Shown here: positions 44,000 to 54,021 of the stretch, piece by piece
Layout: each line of letters starts with the position of its first letter
How positions within the stretch are numbered: the stretch's first letter is position 1
Assembly (NCBI GenBank): GCA_963751275.1
Contig: CAVVTZ010000012.1
Span: 1-64,000 of the forward strand
Source of the DNA: an uncultured Gemmatimonadaceae bacterium
Lineage (GTDB): Bacteria; Gemmatimonadota; Gemmatimonadetes; Gemmatimonadales; Gemmatimonadaceae
Direction of reading: 5' to 3'
Length of the DNA: 64,000 nt
Made by a program: the position numbers and the translations under genes
The notes under the pieces: generated by a model
What the model saw: only the letters and a program-made list of their open reading frames with translations
Databases searched by the model: none
What the model was told of the DNA's origin: nothing

Positions 44000-45934
44000 A
44001 TGCGATTCCTGAATCCTGTCGCGGCCGTCGGGGCCGCGTGCCTCCTGGGCGCTTGTGCGAGCGCTGGAAAGCCTGCCGTGGAGGCGCCCGGCGGGGGACG
44101 GGCCCCGGTGGCCGGCGCGGCCAACGGTGCGGCCAAGGGAGCGGCACCCGCATTGCCGCCCATTCCCGAAGTGGACGGCAAGCTCGTGTTGAAGGTGGTG
44201 TATCCCACCCCCGAGCACGTCATCGAGTCGCGCGATTCGAACTTCGTGATGGGCTCGGTGGGGAACGGCCATGCGACGCTCACGATCAACGGCACGCCGG
44301 TGCCGGTCGCTCCGAACGGCGCGTTCCTCGCATTCCTGCCATTGCCGCCGCGCGAGACGTCGCGGTACGATCTGGTCGCGAGCGTGGGCGCGGACACGGC
44401 GAGCCTCGCCTATGCGGTGAAGCTGCCGCCGCCCGCGGTGCATTTCGAACCGGTGGGCCCGCTGACGTACGACAGCGCGAGCGTGATTCCCGCGCCCACC
44501 GCGCGCCTCGCGCTCCGCGACGACGGAATGGTGCGCGTCTCGATCCGCGCGCCGTCGAACGCCGCGGTCGTTTGGCGCGGCGATGCCGGTGCGGTCGCGC
44601 CGCTGGTGAACGGCACGGCACCGGTCGGCGCGCGGCTGTTCGGCACCGCGGGCCCTGCGGCGCCCACCTGGCGCGTGCCCGGCGATCCCGAGCAGTTCGC
44701 GATCGATCTGCCGGCGAAGATGCTGCGGGCGCGCACCGAACTCCTGGTCCTGCGCGGTGACGACACCGTGCACGTGCTCCTCGGGAGCGTGGCGCCCGCG
44801 CCGGCGCCGGGCACGCTCGTGGTGCTCGGCGCCGACACGTCGAGCGTGAGCGACACCGACCGCACCGTGATCGGACGGCCGTTGCCGGCGGGGACGTACA
44901 AATGGTTCCTCTTCCCGGGCACCGTGGTGCCGGTCACCGGGTGGAACGGCGACTTCGCGCGGATCCGCCTCGATGCATCGCTGGAGATCTGGGTGAGCGC
45001 CTCGGAGGCGCGGCTCCTGCCGCCGGGCTCCCCCGCGCCGCACCGGGTGACGGGCCAGGCGCGTCTCGTGCCGGCGCCCGGATGGGTGGACTTCGTGGTG
45101 CCCACCGGCGCGCGGCCGGCCTTCTTCGTGGAAGAAAGCGCCCGCGAGCTGACCCTCACGCTCTACGACACGCAGCTCAGCACCGATCTCATCCATTACG
45201 GCGAGAACGATTCGCTCGTGCGTATCGCGCAGTGGACGCCGGACGCGAGCGACCGCGGCCACTTCACGCTGCGGCTCGCGTCGGCGCCGTATGGATACCT
45301 CGTGATGTGGGACAAGGACCGGAACTCGGTCGTGCTGCGCGTGCGGCGGCCGCCGGTGGTGGATCCGGCCGCGCCGCTGAGGGGCATGGTGATCGCGGTG
45401 GATCCGGGCCACCCGCCCATCGGCGCGACGGGCCCCACTGGCCTCTATGAGCCGGTGCCCACGCTGGCGATCGGCTTCGAAGTGAAACGGCTCCTCGAAG
45501 CGGACGGCGCCACGGTGTTCATGACGCGCACGACCGCGGATCCGGTCGCGCTCAACGACCGGCCGATGATGATCCGCCGGTCGAACGCCAACGCGGCGGT
45601 CTCGATCCACTTGAATGCGCTGCCCGACGGCGTGAATCCGTTCATCTCGAACGGCACCGGCGCGTATTATTTCTGGCCGCAGTCGATCCCGCTCGCGCGC
45701 GATCTGCAGGTGGGCATGGTGAACCGGCTGGGACTCAAGAACCTCGGCATCAACTATGACAACCTCGCGCTCGCGCGCCCGACGTGGATGCCGAGCGTGC
45801 TGTGCGAGGGCGCGTTCCTCATGTTGCCCGATCAGGAGTGGGCGCTGCGCACGCCGGAATTCCAGACGGCCTACGCGCGCGGCGTGGTGGATGGCCTGGA
45901 GCAGTACTTCCGCTCGCTCGCGACCGCGAAATGA
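44000..45934 (+). CDS. N-acetylmuramoyl-L-alanine amidase (Amidase_3) lipoprotein
   Basis: LLGAC lipobox; VDPGH, SIHLNA, SVLCE. Confidence 0.88.
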   Translation: MRFLNPVAAVGAACLLGACASAGKPAVEAPGGGRAPVAGAANGAAKGAAPALPPIPEVDGKLVLKVVYPTPEHVIESRDSNFVMGSVGNGHATLTINGTPVPVAPNGAFLAFLPLPPRETSRYDLVASVGADTASLAYAVKLPPPAVHFEPVGPLTYDSASVIPAPTARLALRDDGMVRVSIRAPSNAAVVWRGDAGAVAPLVNGTAPVGARLFGTAGPAAPTWRVPGDPEQFAIDLPAKMLRARTELLVLRGDDTVHVLLGSVAPAPAPGTLVVLGADTSSVSDTDRTVIGRPLPAGTYKWFLFPGTVVPVTGWNGDFARIRLDASLEIWVSASEARLLPPGSPAPHRVTGQARLVPAPGWVDFVVPTGARPAFFVEESARELTLTLYDTQLSTDLIHYGENDSLVRIAQWTPDASDRGHFTLRLASAPYGYLVMWDKDRNSVVLRVRRPPVVDPAAPLRGMVIAVDPGHPPIGATGPTGLYEPVPTLAIGFEVKRLLEADGATVFMTRTTADPVALNDRPMMIRRSNANAAVSIHLNALPDGVNPFISNGTGAYYFWPQSIPLARDLQVGMVNRLGLKNLGINYDNLALARPTWMPSVLCEGAFLMLPDQEWALRTPEFQTAYARGVVDGLEQYFRSLATAK

Positions 45935-48825
45935 AGGTGGGAAGGGCGCCCGTCGCGGCGCTGTGTCTCGCCATGCTCCTCATGGCGGCGGTGGCGCACG
46001 CCGCCGCGCAGGCCGTGCCGCCCAACGGCGACTGGCGCACGATCACCACCGCGCATTTCCGCGTGCATTTCCTTCCGCCGGTGGAGAGCGCCGCGCGGCG
46101 CGCTGCCGCGCAGGCGGAGATCGCGTACGCGAAGCTCGCGGCGCACCTGCACCGGCCGCGCGGCGTCGTGGATCTCGTGATCGCCGACAACGTCGACTTC
46201 TCGAACGGCTTCACGACCGTCTTCCCGACCAACCGCATCACGATCTACGCGCTGCCCGGACTCGACGATCCATCGCTCGAGTTCTACGACAGCTGGTTCG
46301 AGCAGATCACGACGCACGAGCTGACGCACGCCTTCCAGCTCGACCGCACGGCGGGATGGTGGGCGGTGGGGCAGGACATCCTGGGCCGCGCGCCGCTCCT
46401 CTTCCCGAACACCTACGAGCCGGCATGGATGACGGAGGGGCTGGCCGTGTACTACGAGAGCGCGCTCACCAATGCCGGCCGCGTGAACGGCACGATCTCG
46501 TCCATGGTCGTGCGTTCCACCGCGCAGAAGAACGCATTGCCGTACTGGGACACGTGGAGCCTCGCGACCACGATCTACCCGTATGGGGACATCCCGTACG
46601 ACTACGGCTCGGAGTTCCTCGACTATCTCGCCGCGAAACACGGCGAGCCGGCACTGGGTGATTTCGTCGAGCGCGCGAGCCGGCGTCCCATTCCCTTCAC
46701 CTACAACGGCGCGGCGAACGGTGCGTTCGGCATTTCGTACGCCGACGCGTGGAAGCAGTGGCGCGATTCTCTGGCTGAATCGGTGCGCGGACTCCCGCCC
46801 GCCGCTTCGCCCATGGCCGGGTGGCACGACCTCACGCGCGCGGGATTCTACGCGCTGCGCCCGCGCTGGGCGGACGACGGGTCGCTCCTGTATCTCGGCA
46901 ACCTCGGCAAGAGCTTCACCGCGGCGTACGCGCTCGACACCACCGGCGCGCGCCGCAGCGAGGGGCGCCGCAACAGCGGCGACACGCAGGTGCCGCTCTC
47001 GAACGGGGGGATCCTCTACGCGCAGCTCGAGTACACCGATCCCTACCACGTGCGCTCCGATCTGTACGAGCAACTCGGCGGCCGGAAGACCAAGCTCACG
47101 CACGGCGCGCGCCTCGCGCAGCCCGACGCGCGGGGCGATGGTGCCATCATTGCCGTGCAGTACGCGACGGCGACCACCACGCTCGTGCGCGTGAGCGCCG
47201 ACGGCCGCGCCATCACGCCGCTCACCGGCGCCGCGGCGGACACCGAATGGGCCGAGCCGCGCTGGTCGCCAAGCGGCGCGCTCATCGCGGCCACGCGGTG
47301 GACGCGCGGCGCCTATGCGGATGTCGTGGTGATGGACACCACGGGACACATCGTGCGCGTCTTCTCGCACGACCGCGCCTTCGACGCGTCGCCGTCATGG
47401 AGCCCAGATGGGCGCGCGGTGCTGTTCACGTCGAACCGCACGGGCACGCAGGATGTGTACGTCGCGCTCGTGGAAGGGAGCGCGCCGCCGCGCCGCGTGG
47501 GGAACGCGAGCAGCGGGATGTTCTATCCGTCGCTCTCGGCCGATGGCCGAACGATCGCGGCGGTTCGCTATGACGCCGATGGCGATCACGTCGGCATCGC
47601 GCCCTTCGACACCACCGGCGCCGCGCCCGCCCCGCTCGACAGCAGCTTCCTTGCGCCGCCGTACGCCGCGGCGGTGAGCGACAGCTCGGCGTCCACGCCG
47701 TATTCGCCCTTCCCGGCGCTCTGGCCGCACTATTGGCTGCCCGCGATCGGCTTCAACACGCTCAACGGCGTCACCTTTGGCGCGTACACCGGCGGCAGCG
47801 ATGTCATCGGCCGCCATATCTACTATGTGCAGGCGCTGTTCGATCCCTGGCACTACCAGAACGTGTTCGACGCCGCGTACGCCTACGCCGGACTCGGCCA
47901 GCCGGTCATGACGCTCGAGGCGACACAGTATTGGGACCAGTTCAACGATCCCATCGGTCCATCGGGCGGGGAGCTCTTCCGGCGCACGCGGGTGCTGAAT
48001 CTCGCGGCGACGGTGCGGCGGCTGCGGGTGTATTCCACCGCGTTCGCCACGCTCTCCGCGGGGATCATGCAGAAGCACTACACGACCACGCCCGACTCAT
48101 TGCTCCCGCTGCTCCCGCCGTATTACTCGAGCGATCCGAATTTCTGGACCCTCGGCGCGAGCGCCGGCTACTCCAACGCGGCGACGCCGGCGACCGGCGT
48201 GTCGCCCGAGGATGGGATCAGTACCGTGGTCGCCTCGACCTTCCGGTGGCTGGACGGCGAGAGCGCACTCTGGTCGGAGAGCCTGCAGGGTTCGCTCAGC
48301 GGCTATCTCGCGCTCGGGCGCGGGAGCTTCGCGCATCCGGTGCTGCGCGCGCGGGTGGCGGTGGGCGCGACCGCGGGGAGCAATCCCAATCTGTTCGATC
48401 TGGGCGGTGTGAGCGGCGGCGGGGTGCTGCTCCTGCCCGGTGTGACGCTCGGTTCGCCGCGTTTCTTCCCCGTGCGCGGCTTCACCGCCGGCGTGGAATC
48501 GGGGGAGCGGATCGCGACGGGCACCGTCGAGCTCGTGCTGCCGCTCGCGGGCATTCACCATGGTTTCGGATTCTTCCCGATCTTCCTGGACCGGAGCAGC
48601 GTGACGCTCTTCAGCGACGCCGGCAGCACCTGGGCGCCCGGCGATCCCGGCGGCGCCAGCGCGCGACCCATCGCGTCGGCCGGTGCCGAGGTGACGATCT
48701 TCGTGGGCGTGCCGTATGATGCGGCCTACGCGCTCCGATTCGGTGTGGCGGCCCCCATCGAGAACAAGAGCGGACTCGCCACGCCCGCCGTGACGTTCTA
48801 CTTCACGCTTGGGATGGGCATTTGA
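45931..48825 (+). CDS. Gluzincin-like metallopeptidase + PD40/TolB propeller + Omp85-like C-terminal barrel protein
   Basis: Signal peptide; HELTH..WMTEGLAVY; PRWSPSG/PSWSPDG repeats; PVRGF, LFSDAG, terminal FYFTLGMGI. Confidence 0.75.
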   Translation: MKVGRAPVAALCLAMLLMAAVAHAAAQAVPPNGDWRTITTAHFRVHFLPPVESAARRAAAQAEIAYAKLAAHLHRPRGVVDLVIADNVDFSNGFTTVFPTNRITIYALPGLDDPSLEFYDSWFEQITTHELTHAFQLDRTAGWWAVGQDILGRAPLLFPNTYEPAWMTEGLAVYYESALTNAGRVNGTISSMVVRSTAQKNALPYWDTWSLATTIYPYGDIPYDYGSEFLDYLAAKHGEPALGDFVERASRRPIPFTYNGAANGAFGISYADAWKQWRDSLAESVRGLPPAASPMAGWHDLTRAGFYALRPRWADDGSLLYLGNLGKSFTAAYALDTTGARRSEGRRNSGDTQVPLSNGGILYAQLEYTDPYHVRSDLYEQLGGRKTKLTHGARLAQPDARGDGAIIAVQYATATTTLVRVSADGRAITPLTGAAADTEWAEPRWSPSGALIAATRWTRGAYADVVVMDTTGHIVRVFSHDRAFDASPSWSPDGRAVLFTSNRTGTQDVYVALVEGSAPPRRVGNASSGMFYPSLSADGRTIAAVRYDADGDHVGIAPFDTTGAAPAPLDSSFLAPPYAAAVSDSSASTPYSPFPALWPHYWLPAIGFNTLNGVTFGAYTGGSDVIGRHIYYVQALFDPWHYQNVFDAAYAYAGLGQPVMTLEATQYWDQFNDPIGPSGGELFRRTRVLNLAATVRRLRVYSTAFATLSAGIMQKHYTTTPDSLLPLLPPYYSSDPNFWTLGASAGYSNAATPATGVSPEDGISTVVASTFRWLDGESALWSESLQGSLSGYLALGRGSFAHPVLRARVAVGATAGSNPNLFDLGGVSGGGVLLLPGVTLGSPRFFPVRGFTAGVESGERIATGTVELVLPLAGIHHGFGFFPIFLDRSSVTLFSDAGSTWAPGDPGGASARPIASAGAEVTIFVGVPYDAAYALRFGVAAPIENKSGLATPAVTFYFTLGMGI

Positions 48826-48839
48826 GCGGGTTCGCGCAC

Positions 48840-48958
48840 GAACAAACTGCTTTGACAGGATGACAGGATAACAGCTGATGAACAGGATGACGGCATCGGC
48901 GATGCCGTCATCCTGTTCATCAGCTGTTATCCTGTCATCCTGTCAAAGCAGTTTGTTC
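48840..48958. repeat. Perfect palindrome (58-nt arms, 3-nt loop), same family as 38155-38319
   Basis: GAACAAACTGCTTTGACAGGATGACAGGATAACAGCTGATGAACAGGATGACGGCATC followed by its exact reverse complement. Confidence 0.95.
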
Positions 48959-49024
48959 TGAACCTGACCCGCCCAAGGATTTGACGTGTTTCCAAGCAAG
49001 CCAGCCCCGCGAACCAGTGGTTTT

Positions 49025-49092
49025 TGACCGAAAGGTCGGTCATGATTTCGTCGCTTCTCGGTACGAATATCTTTCATCGTTACATGTGTAAC
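49025..49092. promoter_or_regulatory. Two candidate operator palindromes upstream of nrdJ
   Basis: TGACCGA-AAGG-TCGGTCA (49025-49042) and GTTACA-TG-TGTAAC (49079-49092) in an AT-rich intergenic stretch. Confidence 0.4.
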
Positions 49093-49373
49093 CTATTGTA
49101 ACCTTGTCATTTGTCCGGTAGTCGTTATTATGCGTTCCTCCGGCTTCGGCCGGGCTTTTCTGCGGCGCGCGCACCGAAGGGTGTACGGCGCCGCGGTGTC
49201 GTTCGAGGGTCTCCGGATCGGCAGTTTCCGCGGTAACGCGTTGCTGTCAAGTTGTTTACCGCCGTATTTGCGCGGATACACGAGCCGCTGTCAGCAGGAA
49301 TGCGGTTGTGCATCGCGCGTTGCCGTTCTAAGTCTCAAGTAGCATTCGCGTCATCTTCAAGGAGCGCTCCGAC

Positions 49374-51871
49374 ATGTCCCTGCCCGCCAAGCCCCCCGCC
49401 ATTCCCGCCTCGCTCAGCGACAACGCCCGGATCGTGCTCGAGAAGCGCTATCTGGTGAAGAACGAGAAGGGGAAGCCCGTCGAGACGCCTGAATCACTCT
49501 TCTGGCGTGTGGCGACCGTGGTCGCGGAGGCGGACGGCGAAGTACGGGGCCAGCGAGGGGGCGGTGGAGACCGTCGCCGAGGAATTCTACGCGCTCATGA
49601 CGCAGCGGCGCTTCGAGCCGAACTCGCCCACGCTCATGAACGCGGGCCGTCCGCTCGGACAGCTCTCGGCGTGCTTCGTGCTGCCCGTGGAGGATGCGCT
49701 GTCGAATGGCAGCACCGGCATCTACGACACGCTGCGCTCGATGGCGCTCATCCATCAGTCGGGCGGCGGCACGGGGTTCTCTTTTTCGCGTCTGCGCCCC
49801 AAGGGTTCCATGGTGCGCTCGACCACCGGCGTCGCGTCGGGGCCGATCTCCTTCATGAAGCTCTATGACGCGAGCACGGATGCGGTGAAGCAGGGCGGCA
49901 CGCGCCGCGGCGCGAACATGGGCATCCTGCGCGTGGATCATCCGGACATCCTGGACTTCATCACCTGCAAGGAAGACCTCACGCAGATCGTGAACTTCAA
50001 CATCTCGGTGGCGGTCACCGACATGTTCATGAAGGCGGTGCAGGTCGGGCGCGGAGTACGATCTCGTGGATCCGGTCAGCGAAGAAAGTGACGGGCACAG
50101 CTCGACGCGCGCACGGTCTGGAACAAAATGATCGACGGCGCGTGGCGCACCGGCGAGCCGGGCTGCTTCTTCATCGACGAAGCGAACCGCTACAACCCGG
50201 TGCCGCACCTCGGCACGTACGAGGCGACGAACCCGTGCGGCGAGCAGCCGCTGCTCGCGTACGATGTGTGCAATCTCGGCTCGGTGAACGTCGGGTACTA
50301 CGTGAAGGATGGCGCGCTGGATTGGGACGCGTTCCGCCGCGACATCCAGCTGTCCACGCACTTCCTCGACAACATCATCGACGTCAACAAGTATCCGCTC
50401 CCCGAGATCGACGATCTCTCCAAGCGGATCCGCCGCATCGGCCTGGGCCTCATGGGCTTCGCCGACCTGCTCGTGCGCCTCGGCATCCCGTACGATTCCG
50501 AGGAGGGCGTGGAGCTCGGCCGGAAGGTCATGGAGTTCCTCGACGTCGAGAGGAAGAAGGAGAGCGAGCGGCTCGCGAAGGAGCGCGGCGCCTTCCCCGA
50601 GTGGGAGCGCTCGATCTGGGGTCCCGATGAGACGTGCGCGCGCGACGCGATCGGGCAAGCGCATCCGCCCGATGCAGATGCTGCGCAACTGCAACGTGAC
50701 CACGATCGCGCCCACGGGCACGATCTCGATCATCGCCGGCTGCTCGTCGGGCCTCGAGCCGCTGTTCGCGGTGGCCTTCATGCGCAACCAGGCCGGCGCG
50801 ATGATGCCGGATGTGAACGAGGACTTCGTGGCGATCGCGAAGCGCGAGGGCTGGTTCAGCGACGCGCTCATGGTGAAGATCGCCAAGGAAGGGCACGTCG
50901 CGTTCGCCGAAGTGCCGGAGCACTGGCAGACGGTGTTCGTCACGGCGAACCAGATCGCGCCCGAGTGGCACATGCCGATGCAGGCGGCCTTCCAGAAGCA
51001 CTGCGACTCCGCGATCTCCAAGACGACGAACTTCGCGCACACGGCCACGGTGGATGACGTGCGCAAGATCTACGAGATGGCGTACGCGCTGAAGGCGAAG
51101 GGCGTCACGGTGTACCGCGACGGCTCGCGCGACAACCAGGTGCTGAGCACGGGCGCCACGGAGACGGCGAAGGCGGTGCGCGAAGGCGGCACGGACTCCA
51201 AGCGTGAGATCGGCGAGCTGGCCGGCGAACTCGCGGAGAAGAACGCGGACATCGAGCGTCTCAAGAAGGCGCTCTACGACGCGGAGGCGGAGAACCTCCA
51301 GCGCCGCGCCAAGCGCTCGCGTCCGGACAAGCTCCGCTCGACGTCGATCCGGAAGGAGACGCCGCTCGGCATCATGTTCGTGCACATCACCGAGGACGAC
51401 CGCGGGCAGCCCTTCGAGGTGTTCGTGACGCTCGGCAAGGCGGGCGGCAGCGCGATGGCCGACGCCGAAGCGGTGGGCCGCCTGATCTCGCTCGCGCTGC
51501 GCTCGGGGATCCCGCTGCCGGAGATCCACCGCCAGCTGCGCGGCATCAGTTCGGACCGCGCAGTGGGCTTGGGCCCGAACAAGGTGCTCTCGATGCCCGA
51601 CGCGATCGGCCTGGCGCTCGAGGAATGGTGGCGCGACAAGCAGGGCGTGCAGCAGGAGCTGCTCGCCGACGCGTCATCCAAGCCCGCCGGCACCGCCCCC
51701 GCGCGCGAGCAGGTCACCGCGAGCACACCGGGCGGCCCGCAGTCGCAACTGGCCTTCGACAAGCCGACGTCCGAGACCTTCATGGGCACGTGCCCCGACT
51801 GCGGCTCGCAGCTCGAGTACGCCGAGGGCTGCGTGAAATGCCACGTCTGCGGCTTCTCCGAATGCGGATGA
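49374..51871 (+). CDS. nrdJ: Vitamin B12-dependent class II ribonucleotide reductase with C-terminal TSCPD/Zn ribbon; indels
   Basis: [63 protein letters not shown]. Confidence 0.95.
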
Positions 51872-51957
51872 GTCCGTAGCGGGTCGCACGATCATCGAGC
51901 GGGCCAGGTGCAATGCACTTGGCCCGCTCTTTCATCAGAGCAGGGGAGTAGGAACAG

Positions 51958-52166
51958 CAACGGCTTCCACGCGGATCGCGCGGAATCCGCGGATGACGCG
52001 GACGGATGGCTCCGCGGGGCGGACGAGGCCGACGTGCGAGAATCACGCTGTTGTATTTGTTGTTAACAACAAGAATGCGATATCGAAGAACGCCCGATGG
52101 GCATTCCGTCCCGCGGAGCGAGCCGCGCAATCCGCGCAGTCCGCGTGATCCGCGTGGAAGCCGTTG
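51958..52166. repeat. Imperfect palindrome of 9-nt CGCGGAT units with a central 16-bp AT-rich palindrome, upstream of GxxExxY gene
   Basis: CAACGGCTTCCACGCGGATC.../...GATCCGCGTGGAAGCCGTTG; TTGTTGTTAACAACAA at 52057-52072. Confidence 0.9.
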
Positions 52167-52250
52167 TCCTTGTCGTGTTGGTGGGGAATTCCAATGATTC
52201 AGGCGATCGGTCGATGATACGTCCTTGATTGCGCCATCCGATCATACAGA

Positions 52251-52664
52251 ATGCCAAGTGCCGATCTAGTCGAGGGGCCGCTCACGGGAAGCGTGATCGG
52301 GGCGTTCTACGAGGTGCACCGAACTCTCGGATTCGGATTCCTGGAGCAGATCTACGCGGAAGCGCTGACTCGGGAACTGATCGCGCGCGGGCATCGCGTC
52401 AGCCGCGAAGTCGGGGTGCCGGTCAAGTATAAGGGGGAGCAGTTGGCGCTCCAGCGCCTCGACATGGTCGTCGATGAGAAAGTCGTCGTCGAGGTCAAGG
52501 CCACGGAGGTGATGCACGCTCGCGCCGAAAGGCAGCTGCTCAACTACCTGCGAGCGAGCGACCTCGAGGTAGGGCTCCTGCTCCACTTCGGGCCGAAGGC
52601 GGTCTTTCGCCGGCTCGTATCGACTCACTCCCGGCGAGGTGCGCGCGGGGCCCATGACGCGTAA
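52251..52664 (+). CDS. GxxExxY protein (PD-(D/E)XK nuclease-like)
   Basis: LGFGFLEQIY (GxxExxY), RLDMVVD..VEVK, QLLNYL, GLLLHFG; ~137 aa. Confidence 0.92.
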   Translation: MPSADLVEGPLTGSVIGAFYEVHRTLGFGFLEQIYAEALTRELIARGHRVSREVGVPVKYKGEQLALQRLDMVVDEKVVVEVKATEVMHARAERQLLNYLRASDLEVGLLLHFGPKAVFRRLVSTHSRRGARGAHDA

Positions 52665-52710
52665 ATTGGGGGCGGTTCTCGTGGCGGTATCGACTTTGAA
52701 TGGAGGTCCT

Positions 52711-53403
52711 ATGCGCATTCTGAGATGGGCAGCGATCGCGGGAGTCGTCGCGGCGGCGGGGTTCGCGGCGCCGGCGCGCGCGCAGAACAGCTTCGAGGGC
52801 GTCATCGACTTCAAGTTCGAGGGGCACGACTCGATGGGGATGGTGCAGACATCGAAGGGGAACATGGTGCGCATCGACATCGCCGGCGGGCCTCGCGGCG
52901 AGGTGTCGATGGTCATGGATACCAAGGCCAACACCATGACCATGATCATGTACTCGCGGAAGATGTACATGGTGAATCCGCTGCCCTCGCTCGACTCCGC
53001 GCTCGCGAACGACAAGCGGAAGACGACGATCACCAAGACCGGCCAGACCGAGACCGTGGCCGGCGTGAGCTGCGAGATCTACAAGGGCACCACCACGAAC
53101 GAGGACGGCAAGGTGGAGGAGGGGCAGGCCTGTCTCGCGAAAGGCGTCGGCTTCGTGTTCTTCTCCACGATGAACCGCGGGCGCGGCGGGCCGCAGGGCT
53201 CCGCTGCCGAGGTCTTCAAGGAACTCGCGGCGCAGGACCTCCACGTCGTCAAGGCGTGGACGATGAAGGACGGCCAGATGGTCCCCGTTATCGAGGCGAT
53301 CAAGATCGAGCGGAAGTCGGTGCCGAATTCCACCTTCGAGGTACCGGCCGACTTCATGAAGATGCAGATGCCCATGGGCATGGGCGGGGCGCCGAGGCCC
53401 TGA
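52711..53403 (+). CDS. Secreted DUF4412-like protein
   Basis: GGAGG RBS, signal peptide, KTGQTETVAGVSCEIY, FEVPADF. Confidence 0.75.
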   Translation: MRILRWAAIAGVVAAAGFAAPARAQNSFEGVIDFKFEGHDSMGMVQTSKGNMVRIDIAGGPRGEVSMVMDTKANTMTMIMYSRKMYMVNPLPSLDSALANDKRKTTITKTGQTETVAGVSCEIYKGTTTNEDGKVEEGQACLAKGVGFVFFSTMNRGRGGPQGSAAEVFKELAAQDLHVVKAWTMKDGQMVPVIEAIKIERKSVPNSTFEVPADFMKMQMPMGMGGAPRP

Positions 53404-53410
53404 GTCGCAC

Positions 53411-53457
53411 ACGTTCGCCGTTAGCCGTTAAGAGTTCCAACGGCTAACGGCGAACGT
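53411..53457. repeat. Short palindrome of 7-nt units between convergent genes (possible bidirectional terminator)
   Basis: ACGTTCGCCGTTAGCCGTT / AACGGCTAACGGCGAACGT. Confidence 0.85.
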
Positions 53458-53464
53458 TTGTCGT

Positions 53465-53935
53465 TCAGTTGATCAGCGGGATCTCCTGCGCCACCGCGAG
53501 CGCCACCATCAGGTCCATGCGGTGTTCGATCTGGTAGTATCGCGCGACCATCCGCGGCGGGAGCACCTTCGCGAACTTCGGGAGATACGACGCGCGGATC
53601 TGCTGCTCCTGCACGCGCGTGTTCAACCAGAGCTTGGTCAGATTCGCCACCTGCTTGTCGGTCACCGTGTCCGTCTGGTTGATCAGCTGGTGGAGCTCGT
53701 TCCACTCCTGCGTGCGCACCTTCGCGATCGCCGCGCGCTCCGCGTCATACACGGGCCAGAACTTCGTCGCCTGGTCGGCCGTGAGGTTCATGTTCGCCGC
53801 GACGGTCTGCTTGCGCGTATCCGCGGCGGCGGTGCGCGCCGAGTCCAGCTGTGCCTTCGTGATGTCCTGCGCCTTCGCCGTGCCGGCCGCCGCGATGACC
53901 GCCGCCGCGACGAGGATCGTGAGCTTCTTGATCAT
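53465..53935 (-). CDS. Periplasmic helical protein, paralog 1
   Basis: Signal peptide; RKQTVAANMNLTADQATKFWPVYDA..RYYQIE. Confidence 0.8.
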   Translation of the reverse strand: MIKKLTILVAAAVIAAAGTAKAQDITKAQLDSARTAAADTRKQTVAANMNLTADQATKFWPVYDAERAAIAKVRTQEWNELHQLINQTDTVTDKQVANLTKLWLNTRVQEQQIRASYLPKFAKVLPPRMVARYYQIEHRMDLMVALAVAQEIPLIN

Positions 53936-54021
53936 GGTACGCCTCACACTGAATGGGGGTGGAAAGTGAACGGGGGCGCGCGCGAGGAGCCACGCACCCT
54001 CGCCGGATCGCCGGTCGCGAG

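Noticed and set aside
48960..49373. Cobalamin riboswitch upstream of nrdJ
   Set aside because: No recognisable B12-box (GGGAA...GCCACTG) pattern
3927..51871. Programmed frameshifting or pseudogenes in glyQS, priA, nrdJ
   Set aside because: Indels are scattered with no consistent slippery site and occur in both organisms' DNA; consistent with sequencing error
49374..51871. Intein or group I/II intron in nrdJ
   Set aside because: Conserved motifs are contiguous at normal spacing; the breaks are small indels
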